Shown: positions 28,005-38,078 of the stretch, one piece after another
How positions within the stretch are numbered: the first letter of the stretch is position 1
Layout: the number at the start of each line of letters is the position of its first letter
Notes under the pieces: model-generated
What the model saw: only the letters and a program-made list of their open reading frames with translations
Told to the model about the DNA's origin: nothing
The model's database searches: none
Source: Candidatus Spongiisociaceae bacterium
Lineage (GTDB): Bacteria > Actinomycetota > Acidimicrobiia > Spongiisociales > Spongiisociaceae
Assembly (NCBI GenBank): GCA_965243835.1
Contig: OZ251578.1
Span: forward strand, 533,711-597,710
Direction: 5' to 3'
DNA: 64,000 bases
Translations under genes and position numbers: made by a program

Positions 28005-28623
28005 CCCCTCCCCGCAACTGGACGGCCCGCGCATCCTGGAGTTGTTCGGGGAAATCGACGGGCTCCTGCGGGAGAGGGTGGAGATTCTGGTGGTGGGCGG
28101 GGCCGCCCTGGCGGTGCATTGGTCCGAACAGGCCTCCTACCGGCGGATTACGTATGATGTCGATTCGGCGCGCGCCGCCTCCGTTTTTTCAGACCCGGAG
28201 CGCAACACTTTGGTGATTGATACCGTTAGCCGCATGTTGTCGGCGCCTCTTCGGGATGCGGTGTGGACCATCGCGGAGCGGCAATGTTTGGATGCGGATT
28301 GGATCAATAACGATGTCGTCAGCAAAATGTCCGCTGATGTGGATTATCGTCCAGAACCGATTTTCAACGGCCAACGACTGCGCGTTTACCGCCCGGCTTT
28401 AACCATTATTCTGGCTATGAAACTGAAATCGGCCCGCATGGACAAGGATCTGTTGGACGCCGCCCGCCTGGCGGGTGAGACGAAGATGACCCGAACGGCC
28501 GACCTGTTGAACTTGCTGAAATTCACTTTCGGGCCGGAAATAGCGGATGCCGAACACGAGCAGTTCGCACGCAACGTCGCGGAAGAGCACCGGCTTCTTC
28601 AGCACCGGAACCAAATCCGCTAG
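27997..28623 (+). CDS. DUF6036 / AbiEii-like nucleotidyltransferase
   Basis: VVGGAAL, RITYDVD and MKLKSARMDKDLLD motifs. Confidence 0.75.
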   Translation: MPNPSPQLDGPRILELFGEIDGLLRERVEILVVGGAALAVHWSEQASYRRITYDVDSARAASVFSDPERNTLVIDTVSRMLSAPLRDAVWTIAERQCLDADWINNDVVSKMSADVDYRPEPIFNGQRLRVYRPALTIILAMKLKSARMDKDLLDAARLAGETKMTRTADLLNLLKFTFGPEIADAEHEQFARNVAEEHRLLQHRNQIR

Positions 28624-28720
28624 TTCGGGCGCCGGGAGGTCGTCCCGGTCCTGACCGCCCGCCCGCGACGCCTGCGGTTTCTCTATTATTCGATAGTCCG
28701 CGAGTTATCGAAAGGCGGGT

Positions 28721-31700
28721 ATGAACGAGTACCGGCACATCCTGGACAACCAGCGCGGCACGGTGGCCGATTTCTTGGAGCGGAGCCTGCAAGGGGCGTC
28801 CGCCTTTGATTTGGTGTCCGCCTATTTCAGCATCTACGGCTACCAACGGCTGGCCGACCGGCTGGACGATGTAGGCCGGGTGCGTTTCCTGTTCGGCGAG
28901 CCCGCCTCGGCGGACGACCCGGACCCGGGCGGTAAGGAACCCAAGTCGTTTCAACTGTTGGAGGACGGCTTGGCCCCGGGCCGCTCCCTGAGGCAAAAGT
29001 CCTTGGCCAAGCGGTGCGCCGAATGGATGGGCGGCGAGGCGGTGGAGGTGCGTTCCGTCAGCCGCTCCAACTTTCTGCACGGCAAGCTGTATCTGACCGA
29101 GGACGCCTCCGGCGCCCGCACCGCGGTGGCGGGCAGCTCCAATTTCACCCAACGGGGGTTGGGGGGCGGCGACCAAGCCAACCTGGAGATTAACCTGGCG
29201 GTGCGCGACCCGGAGGTTCTGGACGAGTTGCGGGACTGGTTCGACCGGTTGTGGAACGATGAGGGGCAGACCCGGGACGTCAAGCGCCAGGTGCTGGACG
29301 CCCTGAACCGCATCGGCGCCGATTACGCCCCGGAGCCGGTCTACTACAAAACCCTCTACGAAATGTTCCGGGACGAAATCGACGAACGGCGGGAGGGGGA
29401 CGGCGCCCCCGCCTACGCCGGCCTCTACCAGAGCGCGATTTGGAACGCCCTGTACGCTTTCCAGAAAGACGGGGCGCAGAGCGTCATCGCCCGGTTGCGC
29501 AAGCACAACGGTTGCATCCTGGCGGACAGCGTGGGGCTGGGCAAGACGTACACCGCCTTGGCGGTCATCAAGTATTACGAGCAACGCAACGAACGGGTGT
29601 TGGTGCTGTGCCCCAGGAAGTTGTATGAGAACTGGGCCCTCTATCCGGCTTACAACGGTCATGTCCAGAACCCGTTCTCGGAGGACCGCTTCGCCTACAC
29701 GGTGCTGGCCCACAGCGACCTGTCCCGCGTTTCCGGCAAATCGGGCGGCGTCGATCTCGGCCATTTCCATTGGGGCGCCTACGACCTGGTGGTGATCGAC
29801 GAGTCGCACAACTTCCGCAACGACCGCGGCCAACGTTACGAACGCCTGTTGGAGGAGGTGATTAAGCAGGGGGCGAAAACCAAGGTGCTGATGCTGTCCG
29901 CCACCCCGGTCAACGTTTCGCTGGTCGATCTGCGGAATCAGATTTATTTGATGACCGAAGGGCGCGACCGACATTTCCGGGAAAGTTTGGGGGTGGGCGA
30001 CATCGAAAGTTTGATGGGGGTCGCTCAGCGACGGTTCAACGAGTGGGAGGCCGACTGCTCTCAAACCGGTCGCCGGGACAAGGAAAAGTTGTTGGAGAAC
30101 CTGGGGTCGGATTTCTTTCGTCTGCTGGGCGCCGTCTCCATTTCCCGTTCCCGTCGTCAGATAGAGAAGTTTTACGCGGAGGAGATGGACCGGATCGGGC
30201 GTTTCCCCGAACACGAGAAGCCCGACAACCGTTATCCGTCCACCGACCGGCGGGGGGAGCTTTCCTACGACCGGCTGGTCGATCAGATCAACCGGTTCCA
30301 GCTGGCCGTTTACCGTCCCTCCGATTATCTGATCGACGAGTCCCGGATGCGGGAGTTGGAGCGGGAAAAAGAGCAACGCAACTTCAACCAGCGGGACCGG
30401 GAGCGTTTTCTGATCGGAATGATCCGGACCAACTTTCTGAAACGGCTGGAAAGTTCCGCCCGCGCCCTGACGCTGACCTTGGGGCGCACCATCGCCCGCA
30501 TCGAAGAGTTGCTGGCCAAGATCGATCGCTACCGGCAGGGGGCGGCCTCCGAGGAGTTGTCGGAGGCCGATTTTCTGCCCGACGAGGAGGACGTAACCGA
30601 AGACGAGGGGTTCGTAAACCAGGGGAAACGGCCCTATCGGTTGCGGGAGTTGGACTTGGACCGGTGGCGACGGGACCTGGTGCGGGACATTGAAATTTTG
30701 ACGGTCGCGCAGGGGAGGGTGGCGGCCATCACCCCGGAGCGGGACGGCAAGCTGGCCGAAATCAAGAAGGTGATTGTGGACAAGTTGAACAACCCGGCCA
30801 CCGACCGGAACGGCCGGGTCATCCGCAAGTTGCTGGTGTTCACCACTTTCCAGGACACCGCCGAGTATTTGTATGAGAACCTGTCCGGCATGGCCGCCGG
30901 GTGGGGGGTCAACAGCGCCATGGTGTCCGGGAGCGGTGCGAAGACCGCGCTGGGGGAGAACAATTTCCACGCCGTTCTTTCCAACTTCGCCCCCCGGGCC
31001 CGCAACCGCCGGGAGGAGGCGAGAACGGACGAGATCGACCTGCTGATCGCCACCGACTGTATTTCGGAGGGGCAGAATCTGCAGGACTGCGATACGGTGG
31101 TCAACTACGACATTCACTGGAACCCGGTGCGGCTCATCCAACGGTTCGGGCGCATCGACCGGATCGGCTCTCGCAACCGTTCGGTGCGGATGGTTAATTT
31201 TTGGCCCACGGAGGACATGGATTTGTATCTGAACCTGCAGAGCCGGGTGGAGGCGCGGATGGCTTTGGCGGATGTCGCGGCCAGCGGGGATGACGACCCG
31301 CTGACCGAGGAGGGGGTGCAGATGGAACTCAATTTCCGCTACGAGCAGTTGTTGCGGATACGGGAGGAGATTCTGGATTTGGACGATCTGGACGACAGCC
31401 CGTCGCTGAGCGATTTCACCCTGGATTATTTTTTCACCCAGCTGTTGCGCTACCTGGATAAGAACCGGGAGGCGCTGGAGCGTATGCCGCTTGGGGCTTA
31501 CGCGGTGACCGAGGAGGGGGCGGAACCCGCCCGGCCGGGGGTGGTTTTCTTCCTGCGCCTGCGCAACGCCGACTCCGACCCCCGCCAGCAGACGGCCAGC
31601 CCCGTGCATCCCTACTACGCAACCTACATCCGCGATGACGGCCACATACGCTTCGGTTGCGGCAACGCCGCCCAAATCCTCAGCCTGTTCGAGTCGGTGG

Positions 31701-32011
31701 CCGCGGGCCGCACGGATGTGAACCTGTCCCTGTGCGATCTGTTCGACCGGGAAACCGACCGCGGCAAGGATATGGCGGCCTACGACAAGTTGCTACGGGA
31801 CTGCATCGCCGGCATCCGCCTGTCCCACGACCGCAAACAAGCCGCCGGCCTGGGCCGGGACGGCGCCCGGGATTTCATCCTCCCCCGCGAATCCGAAGCC
31901 CCCCGCTCCGCAAGTGCCTTCGACCTGGTAACCTGGCTAATAATCAAACCCACGCCGGGCGCGGGCCTCGACGAATCTACAGAAAGGAATGTCAATGCCG
32001 AACCAAACTAA
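28721..32011 (+). CDS. SNF2-like SF2 helicase with N-terminal phospholipase D-type nuclease domain
   Basis: HGKLY...GSSNFT...NLEIN (PLD), DSVGLGKT (Walker A), DESHN, SATP, TDCISEGQNLQ, QRFGRIDR. Confidence 0.9.
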   Translation: MNEYRHILDNQRGTVADFLERSLQGASAFDLVSAYFSIYGYQRLADRLDDVGRVRFLFGEPASADDPDPGGKEPKSFQLLEDGLAPGRSLRQKSLAKRCAEWMGGEAVEVRSVSRSNFLHGKLYLTEDASGARTAVAGSSNFTQRGLGGGDQANLEINLAVRDPEVLDELRDWFDRLWNDEGQTRDVKRQVLDALNRIGADYAPEPVYYKTLYEMFRDEIDERREGDGAPAYAGLYQSAIWNALYAFQKDGAQSVIARLRKHNGCILADSVGLGKTYTALAVIKYYEQRNERVLVLCPRKLYENWALYPAYNGHVQNPFSEDRFAYTVLAHSDLSRVSGKSGGVDLGHFHWGAYDLVVIDESHNFRNDRGQRYERLLEEVIKQGAKTKVLMLSATPVNVSLVDLRNQIYLMTEGRDRHFRESLGVGDIESLMGVAQRRFNEWEADCSQTGRRDKEKLLENLGSDFFRLLGAVSISRSRRQIEKFYAEEMDRIGRFPEHEKPDNRYPSTDRRGELSYDRLVDQINRFQLAVYRPSDYLIDESRMRELEREKEQRNFNQRDRERFLIGMIRTNFLKRLESSARALTLTLGRTIARIEELLAKIDRYRQGAASEELSEADFLPDEEDVTEDEGFVNQGKRPYRLRELDLDRWRRDLVRDIEILTVAQGRVAAITPERDGKLAEIKKVIVDKLNNPATDRNGRVIRKLLVFTTFQDTAEYLYENLSGMAAGWGVNSAMVSGSGAKTALGENNFHAVLSNFAPRARNRREEARTDEIDLLIATDCISEGQNLQDCDTVVNYDIHWNPVRLIQRFGRIDRIGSRNRSVRMVNFWPTEDMDLYLNLQSRVEARMALADVAASGDDDPLTEEGVQMELNFRYEQLLRIREEILDLDDLDDSPSLSDFTLDYFFTQLLRYLDKNREALERMPLGAYAVTEEGAEPARPGVVFFLRLRNADSDPRQQTASPVHPYYATYIRDDGHIRFGCGNAAQILSLFESVAAGRTDVNLSLCDLFDRETDRGKDMAAYDKLLRDCIAGIRLSHDRKQAAGLGRDGARDFILPRESEAPRSASAFDLVTWLIIKPTPGAGLDESTERNVNAEPN

Positions 32012-32792
32012 TACGCAACTGTTGGAAGCCAGCCCTGTGGTTGATCACGGTTATGGTAGATTCATACCGCCCTACGACCGTTATCCTGTTGCAGGTACGG
32101 GCTTGGCCGATCTCGACCTAGAGCGGTTCCAGAGGGAATACGTGACGAGCGTAAACCCAAAAAACGATCCGGACACTTATCGGCGCATTAAAGACAGAAG
32201 CGTTGACGAGCAATTGTCTATTGCGATGATGGTTGTCTCTGTTGATCAACTAGAGGCTACGGTGTTGGGGATTCTAACATACGGCCATCGGCCGCAGGAT
32301 TTTTTGCCTAACGCTTATGTTCAACTTCGCAGAATGGATGGTGTGGAAACCGCCTGCAATATTATGGAAAGTGCTGATATATTCGGTACCGTCCAAAATC
32401 AAATTGATGAGATAAACAAGAGATTTGGCGGTGTCTTCTCAGCGCAGAAGGGAGAGATTTTTAGTGAATCTTTGCAATACATTATTCATAATGCCGTCGT
32501 GCATAGGGACTATGAAATGCCCTTCCCGATCTTTGTTGATTGGTACAGGGATCGGGTCGAAATATTGAGCCCCGGTGGACTATTTGGTATTATGAACTCC
32601 AACATTTTGGGGAAAACTCCTTTGGGTGATTATCGCAACCCATGGTTGGCGAATACCCTCCGATCTCTTGGTTATATAGAAAAATTAGGACGAGGTCTTA
32701 AATTATCCAAAAGAAATTTGCAATCAATCGATTTAAGCATGGATTGGAATATCGGCGTTAGATATGTTCAAATTATCATTAGGACCAAATAG
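31995..32792 (+). CDS. HATPase_c_4 (RecG-C-like) protein lacking the AlbA_2 domain; paralog of the C-terminal part of 25882..27117 (start 31989 or 31995)
   Basis: DRSVDEQL / TVLGILTYG.RPQDFL / NAVVHRDY / DRVEILSPGG / YRNPWLA align with DRSVEQQL / TVLGLLTIG.QPKDFL / NAILHRTY / DRIEVISPGG / YRNPNLA. Confidence 0.8.
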   Translation: MPNQTNTQLLEASPVVDHGYGRFIPPYDRYPVAGTGLADLDLERFQREYVTSVNPKNDPDTYRRIKDRSVDEQLSIAMMVVSVDQLEATVLGILTYGHRPQDFLPNAYVQLRRMDGVETACNIMESADIFGTVQNQIDEINKRFGGVFSAQKGEIFSESLQYIIHNAVVHRDYEMPFPIFVDWYRDRVEILSPGGLFGIMNSNILGKTPLGDYRNPWLANTLRSLGYIEKLGRGLKLSKRNLQSIDLSMDWNIGVRYVQIIIRTK

Positions 32793-32800
32793 TCAACATT

Positions 32801-35800
32801 ATGACTATAGATAAGATCGATATCCAAAATGCTTTGTTGAGCATATCTGAGGGCGACTTTGCGGAGGTCGCCAAAGATTTGCTGGGTGTATTGGGTTACC
32901 GGAGCGAGCGCGTTCCACCGGGGCAGTCGGGAAACGTAGAGGATTTTATCAAAACTTACCCTGCAAAAAATCCTGATACAAAATCAGAGAATTTTCTGCG
33001 ATGTAATGCGAACTCTGTCCGGATAATGTTTCAGCTTACAGATAGCGAATTGGGAACTATAGCAGACCAACCTTCGATGTTAAATGCTAAAGGCTTTGAG
33101 GCTAGCGACGCGAAGAGTTTTGTGTTTACCTCTGTGGAAATGGGGGGGGGGGGTAGGAAATTTGTGCCCTCGAGGAACGTACGCATCTTTAGCTCGGGAG
33201 ATAAACAAGAGGTTTTCGATGCCCACTGTAGTGTTGTTTAAGACCGGTCTAAACCTCCTCACGCTGGCGTTTGTCCAGCGTCGCCCAAATCTGCGTAATC
33301 CTGAACGGGATGTGTTGGGCAGGGTTTCCCTGATTCGGGAAATTAACGTTAATAGTCCACATCGTGCACATTTAGAAATTGTGGCTTCCCTTTCTTTGAT
33401 TGACAGGTTGGAATGGATCAATACCAAGGGTAAAGGCCAGAACTTCGACGGCCTTTTGGAGGCCTGGCTGGAAGCACTAGATACGGAAAAACTAAACCGC
33501 CAATTTTATCGTGACTTATATGTTTGGTTTCTGCGGGCTGTCAAGGAGGCAAAATTTCCGACACAAGAGCGGCAGGTTTTGTCCCCTGAGGAACACATTA
33601 TCCGTTTGATTACGCGCTTGTTATTCATCTGGTTTATCAAGGAAAAAGGCCTAGTAGCTAAGGAGTTATTTGTGGAGCAACAAATTAAGCATTATTTAAA
33701 AAACTACGATAGGAGTCGAGGAGATTCTTATTATCGGGTGGTATTACAGAATCTATTTTTTGCCACACTAAACACCCAAATCAGTAAACGTGGCTTTAGC
33801 AAACAAAATCAATCAACTCATAGAGACTTTTCTCACTACCGTTATAAAGAAGAAATAGTGGATACGGAGATTTTGCTTGGTCTCTTTAGGCAGACCCCGT
33901 TTATCAATGGTGGATTGTTCGAATGCCTAGACAGTTTTGAGAGCTATACAGCAGGGGGATATCGTATTGACTGCTTCACCGATAACGTTATTGATTCATC
34001 TAAAAGAGAGCATAAAATACTATCTGTACCAAACCGCCTTCTCTTTGATGAGAAAGGACTTATAACATTATTCAATCGCTACAAATTTACTATTGAAGAG
34101 AGTACGCCTATTGAAAAGGAAGTAGCTCTTGATCCGGAGCTTCTGGGAAAAGTATTTGAAAACCTGTTGGCATCCTATAATCCCGAAACCAGAGAGACGG
34201 CTCGCAAAGCAACCGGTTCCTATTATACACCTCAGGAAGTGGTGAATTATATGGTAGATGAAGCACTGATAGAGTCTATAGTAACGAGGGTAGAAATCGT
34301 TGATAGTGATAAGAATTTCCACGCTACATTACGGTACTTATTAGACTATGAGGTTGTCTATGATGATACACACACTTGTTTGAGGGAAGAGGAGAGAAAA
34401 AGATTAGTACAATACATTTCTGAGATCAAGGTTCTTGATCCGGCAGTGGGTTCTGGTGCCTTCCCAATAGGTATTCTCCATAAACTGACGTTGATGTTAC
34501 TTCGTTTAGATCCCGGCAATATAATCTGGTCAAGGATTCAGAGGGATAGTGCCTCCCGTAGCGCAACACGGGCCTTTGATACTGATGATCCCATAGAACG
34601 CGCCAATGAACTATCAGAAATAAACGAAATCTTTGAGGCGTATAGAGATTCTGATTTTGGTCGTAAATTATTTCTTATCCAAAATAGTATATTTGGAGTT
34701 GATATTCAACCAATTGCTTGCCAAATAGCTAAACTTCGATTCTTTATTTCTCTAGCGATTGAACAAGAGTCGACCGTAGATATTGAATCTAACTATGGGA
34801 TAAGACCATTGCCGAATTTAGAAACCCGTTTCGTAGCCGCTAATACTCTGATAGGCTTGGAGCGGTCGCAACAGGAACTACAGACTCCCGCAGTTTTGCA
34901 ATTAAAGCAAGGGGTGGCTAAAAACAGAGAGCACTATTTTCATGCCAACACAAGAGATCAAAAAAAGGAATATTATGATAAGGATGAGGAGTTACGTTGT
35001 CAGTTAGCCGATGCTTTACAAGAAATCGGATTTTCGGATAACGCATCGAAAAAAATTGCCAGTTGGGATCCCTATGACCAGAAGGCCAGTGCGAATTGGT
35101 TTGATCCAGAATATATGTTTAATGTAAAAGACGGCTTTGATATTGTTATAGGAAACCCCCCCTATGTTAAAGTAGAACATTTGGATAGAGGTACTCGTAA
35201 TGTGTTAAAACAAGAGTATGAGTGGATTGGCGATTTATATGATCACTTTATTATCAAGGGTTTAGACTTATGTGCGTCTGCAGGTCTTTTTTCTTATATA
35301 GCCAATGATAGTTTTGTGGCATTGTCTTCTAAACAGAAAATTCGCGAGCGCCTTCTTGAAAATCAAATTATTCGTTTAGTAAGATCGCCTTCTCAAACTT
35401 TTGAAGCGTCGATATATGTTGCTATTTTTGTTCTCAAAAAAGAAAGCACTACTCATTCACATAAATATTTGACTGGTGAGTTTGTCTTTGACGGTGGATT
35501 GAAATATAGAACGTTAGGAGAAGTATCCTACAAGGACGTACATAGTTTACCAGGAAATCGTTTGCTATTGACGGCCAATAATCTGCTAATGCGGTTATTA
35601 TTGATTGGTCAGAAGGTTAATCATTATTATAATATTTTAGATACTGGAATACACTCAGGCAATGTTCGAGACAAAATTTTCTCTAATATATATAGAGAAG
35701 GTTTAGAATGCCTGTTACAAGGAAAGCAAATTCAGAGATATTTATTGTATTGGGATTCACCACGTGCTAAATACAAATATTGTGATATTAATTATTCACC

Positions 35801-36320
35801 TCTACCTATTCCTGGTATAGGTCGAGGTGGCAAACCTAGCTCTAAGAATGAATACTGGCATTTTTGCGGTGACATTGAAAATCATCATCAACCGGAACGC
35901 CTGCTTATGCGCCAGACAGATGATGATTTAGTTGTTGCCTATCATAATAAAGAGCAACACGGAAGTTATTATACTGATAACACACTGTTCACAATATTGC
36001 CTAAACGGGATGAGAAAGACCTCAAATTTTTGATGGCTCTTCTCAATAGTCGCTTAATGAACTATATTTATCATGCTCTTTCGCAGGAACAGGGTAAATC
36101 TCAAGCACAGGTTAAGGTGAAGACTGTCAGGGAACTTCCTATTGTCTTGCCTGGGCAGGAGGATCGTTCACGTATTAATGACTTGGTGGAGCGCATCTTG
36201 TTGGAAAAGACAAAAAATCCGTTGGCAAATACTTCTGCACTCGAGGGGCAGATAGATAATATAATATATCAATTATATAGGTTGACAGAGGATGAGATAT
36301 CTGAGGTGGAAGGACGATGA
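32801..36320 (+). CDS. Eco57I/Type IIG-like N6-adenine DNA methyltransferase with C-terminal target-recognition region, split by a frameshift at a G12 tract (ORFs 32801..33241 and 33084..36320)
   Basis: PFINGGLF, DPELLGKVFENLL, GSYYTP, DPAVGSGAF (motif I), GNPPY (motif IV), TaqI_C-like LLNSRL. Removing one G from 33142-33153 fuses the two ORFs into 1,172 aa. Markedly AT-rich. No nuclease motif confidently seen. Confidence 0.85.
33142..33153 (+). repeat. G12 homopolymer at the frameshift point
   Basis: gaaat-gggggggggggg-taggaaa in an AT-rich gene. Confidence 0.95.
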
Positions 36321-36337
36321 CTAGGGAGGTGATCTGA

Positions 36338-37060
36338 ATGTCTTTGACGCCGGTGTTGCAGGTGGAGCCGGAGCTGGTTCCGGAGCGGGTGTTGGTGGTG
36401 GGGGACCCGGAGCGGGCGGAGCTGGTGGCCGGGCGGTTGGACGGCGCCCGGTTGCTGGGGCGGTTTCGGGAGTACGTTACCTTTGCCGGGGCGCATCGGG
36501 GGACGCCGGTGGCGGTGTCTTCGCACGGGGTGGGGGCGCCGGGGGCGGCCATCTGCTTTGAGGAGCTGTGCCGGGCGGGGGCGCGGCGCATCATCCGGGC
36601 CGGGACTTGCGGGGGGTTGCAACCGGAAGTGGACGACGGCCACCTGATGATCGCCACCGCCGCCATCCGGGAAGACGGGGTGACCCGCCAGATGGTTCCC
36701 CCCGCTTTTCCGGCCGTTGCCTCCGCTCCGGTCGTTAACCACCTGCTAAGCGCGGCGTCCGGCGCGGGGCGGCCTGTCCATACCGGGATCGTTCTCACCC
36801 ACGCCCTGTTTTATCCGGGCGGGGTGTTGGGGAGCGACTTGGAGTTGTGGGCCCGGGCGGGTGCGGCGGCGGTGGAAATGGAATGCGCGGCACTGTTCGT
36901 CGCCGGCGCCCTCCGCTCCGTGGAGACGGGGGCGATACTGGCGGCGGACGGCAACCCGCTCCGGCCCAGCGAAGGGGAATACAACCCGCATCGCTCGCTG
37001 GTGCGGGAAGCGGTGGAGGAAATGATCGACATCGCCCTCGACGCCTTAATAATGGAGTAG
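36338..37060 (+). CDS. Nucleoside phosphorylase (uridine phosphorylase/DeoD-like, PNP_UDP_1)
   Basis: GDPERA, REY, SHGVG.PG, IIRAGTCG, VEME motifs; GGAGGT RBS. Confidence 0.9.
   Translation: MSLTPVLQVEPELVPERVLVVGDPERAELVAGRLDGARLLGRFREYVTFAGAHRGTPVAVSSHGVGAPGAAICFEELCRAGARRIIRAGTCGGLQPEVDDGHLMIATAAIREDGVTRQMVPPAFPAVASAPVVNHLLSAASGAGRPVHTGIVLTHALFYPGGVLGSDLELWARAGAAAVEMECAALFVAGALRSVETGAILAADGNPLRPSEGEYNPHRSLVREAVEEMIDIALDALIME
36345..36381 (+). repeat. Right copy of 37-bp direct repeat, inside the phosphorylase 5' end
   Basis: tgacgccggtgttgcaggtggagccggagctggttcc. Confidence 0.9.
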
Positions 37061-37063
37061 CCG

Positions 37064-37912
37064 ATGGCGTCCGCAACCCCGCCCGCAACCCTCTATGACC
37101 GCCTGTCCGCAACCGCCCGCGTTTTAGCGGAGCGCACCGGGGCGGAACGCCACGACGTTGCGGTGGTGCTCGGCTCCGGGCTGGGCGGCTACCCGCGCCG
37201 TTTCCCCGACAGGCAAACCGTGGCCGTCCCCTACCGGGACCTGCCCGGCTTTCCCATCCCCCGCGCAATAGGCCATTCCGGGACCGCCTACTCGGTGTCA
37301 ATGGGGCCCAACCGGGTGTTGCTCCTCTCCGGCCGGGCGCACGCCTACGAGGGACATTCCGCCGAGGTCATCACTTTCCCGGTGCGCGCCGCCGTCCGGG
37401 CCGGTTGCCGCACGGTTATCCTCACCAACGCCGCCGGAGGGTGCGGGGAGGGGATGGAGCCGGGCGACCTAGTGGCGCTGACCGACCATATCAACCTGGC
37501 CGGGATCAGCCCGCTGGCCGGGGAGAACGATGAGCGGCTCGGCCCCCGCTTCCCCGATATGACCGATGTTTACACCCCCCGCCTGCGGGAACTCGCCCGG
37601 CAGGTAGCAACGGAAGCGGGCGTCCCCCTTAAAGAAGGCGTGTATCTGTGGTGGCATGGGCCGATGTTCGAAACCCCCGCCGAAATCCGAATGGCCATCA
37701 CCCTGGGGGCGTCGCTGGTGGGGATGTCCACCGTCCCCGAAGCCACCGCCGCCCGCCATATGGGAGCGGAGGTGCTGGGGATTTCCCTGTGCACCAACCG
37801 GGCGGCCGGCCTGTCCGGAAACCGCCTGTCCTCCGCGGAAGTGATGGAAGTCGCCGGGGAAGCCGCCGGACGGTTCGGGGCGTTGTTCGACGCCCTGTTG
37901 CCGAGAGTGTGA
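37064..37912 (+). CDS. punA: Purine-nucleoside phosphorylase (trimeric type)
   Basis: VLGSGLG, GRAHAYEG, TNAAGG, GPRFPDM, GPMFETPAE, VGMSTVPE, TN.AAG. Confidence 0.9.
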   Translation: MASATPPATLYDRLSATARVLAERTGAERHDVAVVLGSGLGGYPRRFPDRQTVAVPYRDLPGFPIPRAIGHSGTAYSVSMGPNRVLLLSGRAHAYEGHSAEVITFPVRAAVRAGCRTVILTNAAGGCGEGMEPGDLVALTDHINLAGISPLAGENDERLGPRFPDMTDVYTPRLRELARQVATEAGVPLKEGVYLWWHGPMFETPAEIRMAITLGASLVGMSTVPEATAARHMGAEVLGISLCTNRAAGLSGNRLSSAEVMEVAGEAAGRFGALFDALLPRV

Positions 37913-38078
37913 TGTCCGCCGCCGCTGCTCGGACTTTGCCTGTCGCGCCAACCTCCCGGTTGTCCGACTGCGACTCGCGTTTCCATCGGAACCGGGCAAT
38001 TCGCTCGTTTCCGGTCCCGGGGAGGTTCGGCGCCTGTCGGACGGCGCGGGTTCCGCGCGTCGGGCGGAGCAGGGGAGA

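Noticed and set aside
28523-31675. 1,050-aa minus-strand ORF opposite the helicase
   Set aside because: Codon-register mirror of a clearly real gene; no independent motifs.
25882-36320. Assignment to BREX or complete DISARM
   Set aside because: No PglZ, BrxC, DrmA, DrmB or stand-alone DrmC recognisable.
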